64,000 nt of DNA. Source: a bacterium. Its GTDB lineage: Bacteria; UBA8248. The stretch lies in NCBI GenBank assembly GCA_965199855.1, contig OZ241326.1:1312001-1376000 (forward strand), written 5' to 3'. Both the position numbers and the translations under genes were made by a program. A model generated the notes under the pieces. That model ran no database searches. It saw only the letters and a program-made list of their open reading frames with translations, and was not told the DNA's origin. Below, in pieces: positions 1 to 10,017 of this stretch (the first letter of the stretch is position 1; every line of letters starts with the position of its first letter).

Positions 1-55
1 GCGGGGGCTCTCCGCGCGCGCTCGACGGCTCCTCGCCGGCCGGAGCGGACTGCGG

Positions 56-871
56 ATGCGTTCTTTGGAGGGCCATGAATCCGGCGGCGTCGAATTCCTC
101 ACCTCTCCCCTGCTGGAGGAGGCCGGCTTCGCGCGCCACGCCTTCAGCACCCGAAGAGGCGGGGTGAGCGCGGGCCGCTTCTCCTCCCTGAATCTGGGGC
201 GCGCGCGGGGCGAGGCGCCCGAGAACGTGGCGGAAAACAGAAGGCGCTTCTTCGAGGCCGCCGGCTTTTTGGCTGAGCGTCTGGTGGAGCTGAGGCAGGC
301 GCACGGATGCGGCGTTCTCGCCGCCGAGGAGATCGCCCCCGGCGAGAAGGCGAGCGGCGACGCCCTGATGACGAACGATCCGCGCCTGGGCGTCGCCGTC
401 AAGACGGCGGACTGCGTGCCCGTGCTCATCGCGGACGCGCGGAGGCGGGCGGTCGCCGCCGTTCACGCGGGCCGCAGGGGGGTGGCCGGCGGCATTCTGC
501 TCAGGACGGTCGAGCGGATGCGGGAGAAATACGGGTGCGACGCCCGGGATTTGCGCGCCGCCCTGGGCCCCGCCGTTTCCGGGGGGCGCTACGAGGTGGG
601 CGAGGAGTGTCTGCCGCCGTTTCGCGCGTGGTGCCGGGACTGGAGAGACTTCAGCGCGCCCCTGGGGCGCGGGAAATGGCTGCTTGATCTTCCCGAGGCG
701 GCGCGGCGTCAGCTTGTCCTGGCGGGGGTTCCCGAGGAGCGCGTCGGCGCGCCCGGGCCCTGCACGTTTTCCGGGCCGTCGCGGTTTTTTTCCTACCGCC
801 GGGACGGCGCGCCCGCCGGGATGCTGCTCTCGGCGATACGGGCGACGCGCCATGGAGAAGGCGATGGCTGA
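56..871 (+). CDS. pgeF: PgeF/YfiH family purine nucleoside phosphorylase (peptidoglycan editing factor)
   Basis: Motifs FSTRRGG, SLNLG, QAHG, TADCVPVL, AVHAG, FFSYRR. The frame is open to the window edge, so the true start may lie upstream. Confidence 0.9.
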   Translation: MRSLEGHESGGVEFLTSPLLEEAGFARHAFSTRRGGVSAGRFSSLNLGRARGEAPENVAENRRRFFEAAGFLAERLVELRQAHGCGVLAAEEIAPGEKASGDALMTNDPRLGVAVKTADCVPVLIADARRRAVAAVHAGRRGVAGGILLRTVERMREKYGCDARDLRAALGPAVSGGRYEVGEECLPPFRAWCRDWRDFSAPLGRGKWLLDLPEAARRQLVLAGVPEERVGAPGPCTFSGPSRFFSYRRDGAPAGMLLSAIRATRHGEGDG

Positions 872-1568
872 GATTCGGGAGAGATGCGAGGCGGTGAGGC
901 GGCGCGCGGCGGCCGCCGCCCGCTCCGCGGGCCGCAAACCCGACGAGGTGCGCCTGCTGGCCGTGAGCAAGACGCAGCCGCCCGAGAGGCTCATCGAGGC
1001 CATCGAGGCGGGCGTGGAGATTCTGGGAGAGAACCGGGTGCAGGAGGCCCGGCGGAAAAGGGACGGGATGCCCCCCGAGGTGGCGGAGAAGGCGCGGTGG
1101 CACCTCATCGGCGCCTTGCAGAGGAACAAGGCGCGCGCCGTGCCGGGGCTGTTCGACGCGGTGGAATCCGTGGATTCCCTCCCTCTCGCGCGCGAGCTGG
1201 ACAGGCGCGTGGGGACGGCGGGGGGCGCGCCGCTCGAGGTCTTCATCCAGGTGAACACGGGCGAGGAGGCCCAGAAGAGCGGGGTCGCGCCGGCGGAGGC
1301 GATGGCGCTCGTGCGGGAGGCGTCCGCGCTGGAGTCGCTGCGGTTGGTCGGCCTCATGTGCATTCCCCCTCTGGGCCGCGAGGCGGAGGAGAGCCGTCCC
1401 CATTTCGCCCTGCTCAGAAAGCTGCGCGACGAGGCGCGGGAGCGCGGGTTTTCCAGGGTGAGGGAGCTCTCGATGGGCATGTCGAACGATTTCGAGACGG
1501 CCATAGCGGAGGGGGCGACCCTCGTTCGCGTCGGCGCGGCCATTTTCGGCCCGCGGCGAACGGAGTGA
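864..1568 (+). CDS. yggS: YggS family PLP homeostasis protein
   Basis: LLAVSKTQ, GENRVQE, WHLIGALQRNK, LSMGMSNDF, VRVGAAIFG. GGAG precedes ATG 864. Confidence 0.93.
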   Translation: MAEIRERCEAVRRRAAAAARSAGRKPDEVRLLAVSKTQPPERLIEAIEAGVEILGENRVQEARRKRDGMPPEVAEKARWHLIGALQRNKARAVPGLFDAVESVDSLPLARELDRRVGTAGGAPLEVFIQVNTGEEAQKSGVAPAEAMALVREASALESLRLVGLMCIPPLGREAEESRPHFALLRKLRDEARERGFSRVRELSMGMSNDFETAIAEGATLVRVGAAIFGPRRTE

Positions 1569-1661
1569 GCGAATTTGAGTTGCGCCGTCAATTTCAGTAG
1601 GGTGGGTTCGCTCCGGCGCGTGAAGCGGCCTTGACCTTGCGGGCTTGAAGGGTTGCGAAAG

Positions 1662-2468
1662 ATGGCGGAAATCCTCGTGGTCGGCGGCGGAAACATGGGC
1701 GAGGCCCTCTCCACGGGCATGGTGAGCGCGGGCTACGCGCGCGCGGAGGAGGTCGTCATCGCGGAGCCTCTCCCCGCGCGCGCCGAATATCTGCGCGAGA
1801 AGGCGGGGTTTCGCGTGGCGTCCGACGGGGCGGAGGCGGCGCCCGGGGCGGACAGGGTGATCATCGCCGTGAAGCCGCAGGTTCTGGACGCGGTTCTGGG
1901 CGGGCTGAAGGAAGCCCTGGCGCACCGCCCGCTCCTGATCTCGGTCGTCGCCGGCGCGCCGACGAGACGCTTCACCGCGGCCCTGGGCGAGGAGGCGCGC
2001 GTCGTCCGCGTCATGCCGAACGCGCCCGCCCTTGTGGGGGAGGGCGCCGCCGGGCTGTGCGCGGGAGGGCGGGCTTCGGATGCGGACCTGGCGGAGGCCA
2101 GGCGCCTGCTGGAGTCCGTCGGCAGGGCGGTGGTTCTGCCCGAATCGCTCATGGACGCCGTGACGGGCCTCTCGGGCAGCGGCCCCGCCTACGTGTTTCA
2201 GTTCATCGAGGCGCTGGCGGACGGCGGGGTGCTGGCGGGCCTGCCGCGAGAGGAGGCCATGACGCTGGCGGCGCAGACGGTTCTCGGCGCCGCGAGAATG
2301 CTGCTGGAGACGGGGGAGCACCCGGGCCGCCTGAAGGACATGGTCGCCTCGCCCGGGGGGACGACCATCGCCGGCCTGCGCGCCCTGGAGAGCGGGGGGC
2401 TGCGCGCCGCCGTGATGGACGCGGTGGGCGCGGCCGCGCGCCGGAGCGGGGAGCTGGGCCGGGGCTAG
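1662..2468 (+). CDS. proC: Pyrroline-5-carboxylate reductase
   Basis: GGGNMG, AVKPQ, RVMPN, GLSGSGPAY, SPGGTT. Canonical position after yggS. Confidence 0.95.
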   Translation: MAEILVVGGGNMGEALSTGMVSAGYARAEEVVIAEPLPARAEYLREKAGFRVASDGAEAAPGADRVIIAVKPQVLDAVLGGLKEALAHRPLLISVVAGAPTRRFTAALGEEARVVRVMPNAPALVGEGAAGLCAGGRASDADLAEARRLLESVGRAVVLPESLMDAVTGLSGSGPAYVFQFIEALADGGVLAGLPREEAMTLAAQTVLGAARMLLETGEHPGRLKDMVASPGGTTIAGLRALESGGLRAAVMDAVGAAARRSGELGRG

Positions 2469-2496
2469 CCCATTTCATCGAAGCGGGAGCGTATCG

Positions 2497-2793
2497 GTGT
2501 TTCTGATATCGAACTTCATGCACGCGGCGGGCGTCATTCTCAGCTATCTGTTCACCATCTATATCTGGATCATCATCATCCGCGCGCTCGTCTCCTGGGT
2601 GAGTCCCGACCCCTACAATCCCATCGTGCAGATACTGCACCGTCTGACGGAGCCCGTCTTGGCGCCCGTTCGCCACCGGATGCCGAATTTCGGGGGCATC
2701 GACCTGAGTCCGATTGTCGTGGTGCTGATCATCTTCTTTCTCCAGAGTTTTCTCGTGCGGAGCATCTTCGACCTGGCCGCGATACTGCGCTGA
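2497..2793 (+). CDS. yggT: YggT family membrane protein
   Basis: SWVSPDPYNP, LTEPVLAP, GGIDLSP. Confidence 0.93.
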   Translation: MFLISNFMHAAGVILSYLFTIYIWIIIIRALVSWVSPDPYNPIVQILHRLTEPVLAPVRHRMPNFGGIDLSPIVVVLIIFFLQSFLVRSIFDLAAILR

Positions 2794-2814
2794 CTTTGCC
2801 CGGAGGACGCGCCC

Positions 2815-3369
2815 ATGAAGCTCACCGGAAGCGACATCAGAAGCCGTGCCTTCCCGCGCAGGATGCGGGGCTACGACCGGCTCGAGGTGGATGCGTTTCT
2901 GTTCGCCGCGGCCGAGCAGGTGGACAGGCTGGTCCGCGAGAACGAGCAGCTGGGCCTGCAGTGCGCGGATCTGTTCGAGGAATACAACCGCCTGAAAAAA
3001 GAGCACGCCGAGGCGCGGAAGACCCTGGCCTCCCTGCCCGCGCTGAGGGATGAGGCCTCGGCCTGGGCCGGGGAGCTCGTGCGGAAGGCGGAGGCGGACG
3101 CCGACCGCATCCTCGATGAGGCCGAATCCCGCGCGGCGCGGCTTCGGGCGGACGCCGAGAGGGAGGCGGCTCGTCTGCGCGGGGAAGCGTCCGCGCTGCG
3201 GGAGGCGCGGGACAATCTTTTCGCCGATTTTTGCGCGACGCTGCGCTCCCAGACGCGAACCCTGGAGGAGGAAAGCCGGCGCGCGGGGGTGGACCTCGAA
3301 CGCCTCATGGGCGAGCGAAGCGGAACCGTCATCAATCTGAGCCAGAAGGCGGAGGGCGATGCGTCGTGA
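2815..3369 (+). CDS. divIVA: DivIVA domain coiled-coil protein
   Basis: N-terminal LT..DI....F.R..RGYD..EVD.FL signature followed by a coiled coil. Follows yggT. Confidence 0.88.
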   Translation: MKLTGSDIRSRAFPRRMRGYDRLEVDAFLFAAAEQVDRLVRENEQLGLQCADLFEEYNRLKKEHAEARKTLASLPALRDEASAWAGELVRKAEADADRILDEAESRAARLRADAEREAARLRGEASALREARDNLFADFCATLRSQTRTLEEESRRAGVDLERLMGERSGTVINLSQKAEGDAS

Positions 3370-3497
3370 CGGGCCTCCGCCCGGAGGCGGCCGGCGCCAG
3401 CTCTGAGGCGCGGGTTCAGCCGCGCTCCCCGAAAGCGGAAATCGGCGGAACGCGCGACGGCGCCCTCCGCGCGCGGAAAGCTTCCGGCCGGGGATAA
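3366..3497 (+). pseudogene. yggU: Truncated DUF167/YggU remnant (43 aa)
   Basis: GTG overlaps the divIVA stop (GTGA). Translation ...ARVQPRSPKAEIGGTRDGALRAR matches the DUF167 N-terminus (VRVQPRA...I.G..DGALKVR) but stops before the APPVDG motif. Expected syntenic position. Confidence 0.7.
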
Positions 3498-3500
3498 GCC

Positions 3501-4610
3501 GTGAGCGGCAAAGAGACCGAGGGAAACTTTCGCACCCTCTCCTTTCAGGGGGGCGCGCTCGCGCTCATCGACCAGAGGAAACTCCCGCAGGAGGAGACCT
3601 ACGTCGAGTGCCGCACGGAGGACGAGGTGGCCGAAGCCATCGCCGGCATGGTGGTGCGCGGCGCGCCCGCCATCGGGGTGGCGGCGGCCTACGGAATGGC
3701 GCTGGCGGCCGCCCGCCACGCGGATTCGGGCGCGAAGGCGCAGCGCCGCGCCATCGATCGGGCGGCGCGCGCGCTGTCCGCCACGCGCCCTACGGCGGTG
3801 AATCTCTTCTGGGCTATCGAGAAGATGCGGGCGCGCGTCCGGGAAAGCGGCGGCGCGCCCGAGGCGCTGGCCGCGAGCCTCCTGCGCCTGGCCGGGGAAC
3901 TCCACGAGGAGGACGCGGCCGTCTGCCGCAGAATCGGCGACCTGGGCGCGGCGCTGCTGCCGGAGGGAACGAGCGTCCTCACCCACTGCAACGCGGGCGC
4001 GCTGGCGACCGCGGGCTACGGCACGGCGGGCGGGGTGATCCGCAGCGGCTTCCGGGACGGACGGGTGCGGGAGGTGTTCGTGGACGAGACCCGGCCCTTC
4101 CTCCAGGGGGCGCGCCTCACCGCCTGGGAGCTGGACAGGGACGGCATTCCCGTCGTTCTCATCACCGACGGCGCGGCCGCGCACTGCATGAGCCTCGGGC
4201 GCGTGGGCGCCGTGGTGGTGGGGGCGGATCGCGTGGCCGCCAACGGGGACTTCGCCAACAAGATCGGCACCTACGCCCTCGCCGTTCTCGCCAGGGAGCA
4301 CGGGGTGCCCTTCTACGCGGCGGCGCCGACGAGCACCATCGACATGGACGCGGCGCGGGGCGCGGACATTCCCATCGAGGAGCGGCCGGCCGAGGAGGTG
4401 CGCTCGTTTCGCGGCGAGGCTGTCGCCCCCGAAGGGGTGCGCGTCTTCAACCCCGCGTTCGACGTGACGCCCGCCCGCTTCGTGGACGCCCTGGTGACGG
4501 AGCGGGGGGTGGCGCGCCTGGCCGAGGGCGAAACGCTCGCCGCGGCGATGAGGGAGGAGGCGGACGACGCGCCGCGCCCGCCGGGGCGGGAGGCGCGCCT
4601 TTCGTGTTGA
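3501..4610 (+). CDS. mtnA: S-methyl-5-thioribose-1-phosphate isomerase
   Basis: IDQRKLP, MVVRGAPAIG, TRPTAVNL, THCNAGALAT, ETRPFLQGARLT, ANKIGTY, NPAFDVTP. Confidence 0.96.
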   Translation: MSGKETEGNFRTLSFQGGALALIDQRKLPQEETYVECRTEDEVAEAIAGMVVRGAPAIGVAAAYGMALAAARHADSGAKAQRRAIDRAARALSATRPTAVNLFWAIEKMRARVRESGGAPEALAASLLRLAGELHEEDAAVCRRIGDLGAALLPEGTSVLTHCNAGALATAGYGTAGGVIRSGFRDGRVREVFVDETRPFLQGARLTAWELDRDGIPVVLITDGAAAHCMSLGRVGAVVVGADRVAANGDFANKIGTYALAVLAREHGVPFYAAAPTSTIDMDAARGADIPIEERPAEEVRSFRGEAVAPEGVRVFNPAFDVTPARFVDALVTERGVARLAEGETLAAAMREEADDAPRPPGREARLSC

Positions 4611-4636
4611 CTTCCCGCGCGCGCGCGGGCTATAAA
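4607..4636 (+). promoter_or_regulatory. Sigma70-type promoter for tRNA-Asp
   Basis: TTGACT (4607-4612), N18, TATAAA (4631-4636), about 80 nt upstream of the tRNA. Confidence 0.6.
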
Positions 4637-4715
4637 CCCAAACGCTTCGGGCGGCTGTCAGACCGCGCGGCCGGGCGAAAGCCTTGCCGCGCCGTCGGGA
4701 AGGGACATCGCCAAG

Positions 4716-4792
4716 GGGGCTGTAGCGAAGCCGGTTATCGCGCTGGCCTGTCAAGCCAGAGATCGCGGGTTCGAGTCCCGTCAGCCCCGCCA
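4716..4792 (+). tRNA. tRNA-Asp(GTC)
   Basis: Acceptor GGGGCTG/CAGCCCC, discriminator G, encoded CCA. Anticodon arm CTGGC-CTGTCAA-GCCAG, T-loop GGTTCGAGTCC. Confidence 0.96.
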
Positions 4793-4889
4793 CCTCCTTC
4801 TTCCCGATCCTTCGCCGTCTTTGGATCGCCGTCGAACGCGCTCGCCCGGCTCTCCGCGCGGCGGGGAGCGATGCGCCGCGCGTCCGGCT

Positions 4890-4919
4890 TTGGCGGAATC
4901 CGCTTTTATGGCGTATAAT
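4890..4919 (+). promoter_or_regulatory. Putative sigma70 promoter for the ABC binding-protein gene
   Basis: TTGGCG, N18, perfect TATAAT (4914-4919). Confidence 0.5.
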
Positions 4920-5055
4920 GGACGCAAGGGCATGACATGACCAGCCGCGTCGCCGCCGGGAGGGCTCTTCGGCCGCCGCGCGGCCCGCGCCTTCCCGACG
5001 AGGCTCCGGACGACTATACCGAGGCAGCATTCATTCGCTTCAAGGAGGAGAGGAC

Positions 5056-6048
5056 ATGAAAAGACTCATCGGCTTCACGCTGGCCGCCGCGTTCGCCGCG
5101 GGCGTCTTTCTCGCCGCCGCGCCGGCCGCCGAGTCGGCGACGCTGCGCGTGGGCGCGCACAGGGGCATGTGGGGCTCCTACGAGATCATCGCCGACCGCA
5201 TGGGCTACTGGAAGAAGGAGGGGCTGAAATACAAGATCGGCCACTTCAAGCAGGGCAAGCTCATGCGCAACGCCATCATCCAGAACAACCTGGACACCGG
5301 CACCACGGGCTTCTCGCCCTTCACGACGGCGATCTCCAAGGGCGCGCGGGTGACGGCCATCGGCGTGACGGCGAACATCTGCGCGGCCGTCTCCATCATC
5401 GTGCCCGCGACCTCGAAGGCCAAGAGCCTGAAAGACCTCAAGGGTTCGGTGTTCGCCAACAAGAAGGGCACGAGCACGGACTTCGCGTTTCAGTCCTACG
5501 TCATTCCCTCGTATGGCCTGAAAAGCTCCGACTTCCCCCTTCTGAGCGTCCGCACCACCGAGCGCATCGCCGCGCTGATCTCCGGCGCCGCCCAGGCGGC
5601 CATGATCGGCGAGCCGCAGGGCGAGATCGCCCGCGAGAAGGGCCTCGTTCGCTATCTTGAGGATCTGTGCAAATACGACAACACGAGCATGATGCACGTG
5701 GGCAACCCCCAGACCCTCAAGAAGCATCCCGACCTCTACTACAAGTATTTCCGGGGCTGGCTGAAGGCGCACAAGCTGCTCAAGGACGACCCCAACGCCT
5801 ACGCCAAGGTCTATACCAAGGCGCTGAACGAGGTCGGCGACAAGGCCAAGGTGAGCACCACGCTCAAGGCCCTCAAAAAGCTCAAGACGGAGATTTATCT
5901 GACGGACCGGGTGAAGAACTATCTGAACGACATGGGCGACAAGCAGATCAAGCTCGGCTGGATCAAGAGCCGCCCCGACTTCACCAAGAGCCCGTTCCTG
6001 GACGACTCCATCCTCCGCAGGGCCGCCAAGGACATCGGCTTCAACTAG
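5056..6048 (+). CDS. NitT/TauT (SsuA/NMT1-like) ABC transporter substrate-binding protein
   Basis: Signal peptide, KSLKDLKG, GTSTD, EPQ motifs. Strong RBS AAGGAGG. Adjacent to a TauC/TauB-like pair. Confidence 0.88.
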   Translation: MKRLIGFTLAAAFAAGVFLAAAPAAESATLRVGAHRGMWGSYEIIADRMGYWKKEGLKYKIGHFKQGKLMRNAIIQNNLDTGTTGFSPFTTAISKGARVTAIGVTANICAAVSIIVPATSKAKSLKDLKGSVFANKKGTSTDFAFQSYVIPSYGLKSSDFPLLSVRTTERIAALISGAAQAAMIGEPQGEIAREKGLVRYLEDLCKYDNTSMMHVGNPQTLKKHPDLYYKYFRGWLKAHKLLKDDPNAYAKVYTKALNEVGDKAKVSTTLKALKKLKTEIYLTDRVKNYLNDMGDKQIKLGWIKSRPDFTKSPFLDDSILRRAAKDIGFN

Positions 6049-6086
6049 CGGACGGGTCGATCAAGCCGGAAAGACCGGCGAAAAAC

Positions 6087-6121
6087 AAACCCCCCGGAGG
6101 CCGCGGCCTCCGGGGGGTTTT
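6087..6121. terminator. Bidirectional intrinsic terminator (perfect 34-bp palindrome)
   Basis: AAACCCCCCGGAGGCCG/CGGCCTCCGGGGGGTTT at 6087-6120, flanked by A and T tracts, between convergent genes. Confidence 0.85.
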
Positions 6122-6154
6122 CGCGCCCGCTTCGCGGGAACCGCGGCCGCCACT

Positions 6155-6167
6155 ATGCGTCCCCTAC
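6155..6167 (-). repeat. GTAG-type REP half element
   Basis: Reverse complement GTAGGGGACGCAT is identical to the first 13 nt of the element at 11253. Confidence 0.55.
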
Positions 6168-6278
6168 GGCGCGAAATCAGCCTCCCGAACTTTGTAGCGG
6201 GGACCGCATTCCCCGTCCCCCGCGCCATGCGGACGGGCGCGCTGAATGCGGAGAAGCCGACGGCAGTCCGGCCTTCGG

Positions 6279-7205
6279 CTACACCTTCTTGTCCTGGGCG
6301 CCCATGGCCTCCATCATGCCCCAGCGGATGACGGTGCGGCTTTCGAGGGGCTGGAAGAGAACCTTCTCCAGAACGAAGCCGAAGAGGCCCAGAACGGAGA
6401 GGGCGACCATCATGAAGGCGATGTCGAGGTATTCCTGGGCGTCGAAGATGCCGGCGGAAAGCCCCCAGCGGATGCCGGCGAACGCCTCCGCCCCCACGCC
6501 CGCGCGCCAGGCGCGCGCCAGGCCGATGCGCAGGCCGCTCAGAATCATCGGCAGCGAGCCGGGCAGGACGACGGTGCGGAAGATCGTCATCTTGTCGGCG
6601 TTCATCGACTGCGCCGCGCGTATCCACACGGGGTTGACGGTCTTCACGCCCGTCCAGACGGCCATGGCGATGGGCAGGAAGGAGGCGAAGGCCGTGATGA
6701 CGATGACCGTCTGATCGCCGATGCCCGACCAGATGACGACGATGGGCGTCCACGCGATGGCCGGAATCGGGAGCAGCACGGAGAGAAGCGGCACGAAGAA
6801 CGACTCCCAGAAGGCGAAGCGCCCCATCAGGATGCCCACGATGGTGCCCACGATCGCCGCGATGAAGAACGAGAACGGAAGGCGCCACGCCGTGTTGATC
6901 GTGTGCAGGAAAATCGGGCTTTCCAGGAGTTTCCAGAAGTAGTCGGCGATCCCCAGGTTCGGGTCCTCGGCCAGCGCCTTGAACAGGGGGCCGGTGACCA
7001 GCTCCCACGCGCGGTAGAGAATCGCGTCGACCGTGGGAAAGAGCCGCCCCTGGTTGCCCTGGGCCTGCATGGCGGCCACCTGCCAGATGGCGAGAATGAC
7101 GACGAACGGATAGATCGGCCTGAGTTTCACCCATATCGGCGTTCTGGTCTTCTCCTTCACTTCGTCCATCGACGGAGGGACGGGCGCTGTCCGGGATGTC
7201 TGCAT
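6279..7205 (-). CDS. NitT/TauT ABC transporter permease
   Basis: Multiple TM helices, PIPAIAWTP, EAA-like loop RAAQSMNA, VVLPGSLPMILSGLRIG. Confidence 0.9.
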   Translation of the reverse strand: MQTSRTAPVPPSMDEVKEKTRTPIWVKLRPIYPFVVILAIWQVAAMQAQGNQGRLFPTVDAILYRAWELVTGPLFKALAEDPNLGIADYFWKLLESPIFLHTINTAWRLPFSFFIAAIVGTIVGILMGRFAFWESFFVPLLSVLLPIPAIAWTPIVVIWSGIGDQTVIVITAFASFLPIAMAVWTGVKTVNPVWIRAAQSMNADKMTIFRTVVLPGSLPMILSGLRIGLARAWRAGVGAEAFAGIRWGLSAGIFDAQEYLDIAFMMVALSVLGLFGFVLEKVLFQPLESRTVIRWGMMEAMGAQDKKV

Positions 7206-7224
7206 GGAAGATTCCTCTCTGTCT

Positions 7225-7971
7225 CTAGAAGTCTCGGATCAAATCGTTCACGCGCCGCTGGAGCTTGATGAACTCGGGCGCCAGATCGTCTCTCGGCCGG
7301 GGAATGTCCACCTTCACGATCTCGCGGATTCTCCCCGGATTCGGAACGAAGACGACGATGCGGTTGCCCAGATAGACGGCTTCGCTCAGGTTGTGCGTGA
7401 CGTAGATGATCGTCTTCTTCGTCTTCTGCCAGACGTCGACGGTGAGCTCCTGCAGCTCCTCGCGCGTCTGGGCGTCGAGGGCGCCGAAGGGCTCGTCCAT
7501 GAGGAGCACCTGGGGGTCGAAGGCCATGGCGCGCGCCACCGCCACGCGCTGGCGCATCCCGCCCGAGAGGTTGTGGGGGAAGAAGTCCGCGAAGTCCTCG
7601 AGGCGGACGAGGCGCAGGTAGTCGAGCGCGATGCGCCTGCGCTCCTCCTCCGGCACGCTTCGGATCTCCAGGCCGTATTCCACGTTCTGCCTGGCCGTGC
7701 GCCAGGGGAACAGGGCGTATTCCTGGAACACGACGCCCTTGTCGTAGTCCTGGGAGAGCGTCTTGCCGTCCAGGATGATGCGTCCTGCGGTGATCTCGAC
7801 GAAGCCGGCGAGCATGTTCAGGAGCGTCGTCTTCCCGCAGCCCGAAAGCCCCACGAGACAGATGAACTCGCCGTCGGCGATGTCGAGGTTCACGTCCTCG
7901 AGGGCGTGGACCCGCCTCTCGGGGGTGTCGTAGATTTTCCGCAGATTCTGAATGGATATTTTCGTGACCAT
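7225..7971 (-). CDS. NitT/TauT ABC transporter ATP-binding protein
   Basis: Walker A GLSGCGKTT, VFQEYALFPW, LSGGMRQR, LLMDEPFGALD. Start taken at MVTKISIQNL. Confidence 0.93.
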   Translation of the reverse strand: MVTKISIQNLRKIYDTPERRVHALEDVNLDIADGEFICLVGLSGCGKTTLLNMLAGFVEITAGRIILDGKTLSQDYDKGVVFQEYALFPWRTARQNVEYGLEIRSVPEEERRRIALDYLRLVRLEDFADFFPHNLSGGMRQRVAVARAMAFDPQVLLMDEPFGALDAQTREELQELTVDVWQKTKKTIIYVTHNLSEAVYLGNRIVVFVPNPGRIREIVKVDIPRPRDDLAPEFIKLQRRVNDLIRDF

Positions 7972-8189
7972 GAATGAGAGAGTCCCAGGATGTGAAGGAC
8001 GAGGCGAGGCGTCCTTCGGGCGCATGGAAATGGAGCAGGAGCGCGGGGATTCTAGCAGACGCCCGCCGGAAGGAAAACCGCGAATATACTTTCGCGGCGT
8101 TCTGTAATAATCTGCCCGCGGCGGATGAGCCTCCGCGGCGAGCAAGGCCGCGTCCGGCGCGGGCGGGAATTTACGGAAGGATTCGGGCG

Positions 8190-9419
8190 ATGAGCGCAAG
8201 GCTGCCGCTCGAGGGGCTTCGCGTCCTGGCGGTGGAGCAGTTCGGGGCGGGGCCGCTGGCCTCGCAGCTGCTCGGGGACATGGGCGCCGAGGTCATCAAG
8301 ATAGAGGATCATGCCGTGGGCGGCGATTCGGCGCGGCCCGTCCCCCCCTATCCCCTGCCCGGAAACGACAGCTACTATTTCCAGACCTTCAACCGCAACA
8401 AGAAGAGCGTCGCGCTCAGAATCCGCGAGCCCGAGGGCAGGGCGATAGTGCGCAAGCTCGTCCCGAAAGCGGACGCGCTGTTCGCCAACTGCCGGGGAAC
8501 GGCGCCGGAGAAGCTCGAAATCACCTACAGGCACCTCGCTCCCTACAACGAGAAAATCGTGTGCTGCTTTCTCTCCGGCTTCGGGATGACGGGGCCACGC
8601 GCGGGCGAGCCGGCCTACGACTACCTCATGCAGGCGTACGCCGGCATCATGAACCTCACGGGCGAGCCGGACGGCCCGCCCACGAAGGCGGGCGTAAGCT
8701 TCGTGGACTTCTCGGGCGGCTTCCTCGCGCTGACGGGGCTGCTCGCCGCGCTCTGGGAGGCGGGCCGCACCGGCAAGGGCAGGGACGTGGACGTGGCGCT
8801 CATGGACGGCGCCCTGTTCCAGCTCGGCTACATGGCCACCTGGGCGCTGAACTGCGGCTACGTCCCGCGGAAATTCTCCCACAGCGCGCATCCCTCGCTC
8901 GTGCCCGCGCAGAATTTCCGGACGAAGGACGGCTGGGTGAGCGTGCTGTGCCTCAAGCAGGATTTCTTCCCCGTCCTCGCCGAGCGCATGGGCATGGCCG
9001 CGCTGGCGGAGGACGCGCGCTTCCGAACCGCCCGGAATCGCTTCGACAACCGAGAGGCTCTCCTGGAAATCCTGCGCGGGGCGTTCCTGAAGAAGACGAA
9101 CGCGGAGTGGACCTCCCTGCTCCAGGGACACGTCCCCTTCGCGCCGGTGAACGACGTGGCGCAGGCGATGGAGGACCCCCAGGTTCTGGCGCGGGAGATG
9201 ATCGTGGAGATGGAGCACCCGGCGGCGGGCGCGATAAAGGTCCCCGGCTCGCCCGTCAAGCTGCCGGGCAGCGAGATGAAGTTCCGGCGCGCCCCCTATC
9301 TGGGAGAGCACACGCGGGAGGTGCTGGGCGGGCTTCTCGGCATGAGCGAGGGCGAACTCGCGGATTTGCGGGAGAGGAACGTCGTGTCGTGGACGGAGCC
9401 GCCCGAGGGCGGCGAATAG
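8190..9419 (+). CDS. CaiB/BaiF family (class III) CoA-transferase
   Basis: PLEGLRVL, AGP...LGDMGAEVIKIE, NRNKKSV, SGFG.TGP, PAYD, APYLGEHT. Confidence 0.93.
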   Translation: MSARLPLEGLRVLAVEQFGAGPLASQLLGDMGAEVIKIEDHAVGGDSARPVPPYPLPGNDSYYFQTFNRNKKSVALRIREPEGRAIVRKLVPKADALFANCRGTAPEKLEITYRHLAPYNEKIVCCFLSGFGMTGPRAGEPAYDYLMQAYAGIMNLTGEPDGPPTKAGVSFVDFSGGFLALTGLLAALWEAGRTGKGRDVDVALMDGALFQLGYMATWALNCGYVPRKFSHSAHPSLVPAQNFRTKDGWVSVLCLKQDFFPVLAERMGMAALAEDARFRTARNRFDNREALLEILRGAFLKKTNAEWTSLLQGHVPFAPVNDVAQAMEDPQVLAREMIVEMEHPAAGAIKVPGSPVKLPGSEMKFRRAPYLGEHTREVLGGLLGMSEGELADLRERNVVSWTEPPEGGE

Positions 9420-9528
9420 GGCGGGAACTGCGGGTTCGCGGGCGCGAGGCGTCCTCAATGGCGGACGCCGGACGGGCGCGCCCGCGCGGGATGAAAGTTT
9501 TTTTTCGCGCATCGACGGAGGACGGGGC

Positions 9529-9969
9529 ATGAACAACGCGGCCGGGGATCTTCCGATTCCCAAGATCATCAACTCCCTCGACGTGGACGAGGACAAGGCC
9601 TACGAGCCTCCCTACGACATTCGCTGGGGCGTGAACCGGGAGACGACGGGGACGGACGCCATCACGATGGGCAGAACCATCATCCCCCCGCGCGGGCGCA
9701 ACGCGCTGCACTTTCACAAGAACTGCGACACCACGATTTACGTCGCGCGGGGCCCCGTCAACATCTACTGGAAGGAGGGCGGAGAGATCGTCCGAAAGGA
9801 GGCGCCCGTCGGCCACTTCGTCTATTTTCCCCGCGGCTGCGTTCACGGGCAGGAGAACCCGAGCGAAACGGAGCCCGCAGAACTCATATTCACCTACGGC
9901 GGGATGCCCAACAAGGAGGCGGCGGGCACCACCTTCGTGGACGACCCCAGAGACCCGCTCAGGGACTAG
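9529..9969 (+). CDS. Cupin domain protein
   Basis: Cupin motifs IPPRG...LHFH and GHFVYFPRGCVHGQEN. Confidence 0.85.
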   Translation: MNNAAGDLPIPKIINSLDVDEDKAYEPPYDIRWGVNRETTGTDAITMGRTIIPPRGRNALHFHKNCDTTIYVARGPVNIYWKEGGEIVRKEAPVGHFVYFPRGCVHGQENPSETEPAELIFTYGGMPNKEAAGTTFVDDPRDPLRD

Positions 9970-10017
9970 GCTTTTCCCCGCCGCCCGGCGGCGCCCGTTC
10001 AGGAGACGACGCCTCTC

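Noticed and set aside
4920-5055. Leader with two ACGA tetramers as a guanidine-II riboswitch
   Set aside because: The ACGA motifs are not closed by proper stems; no riboswitch consensus recognised
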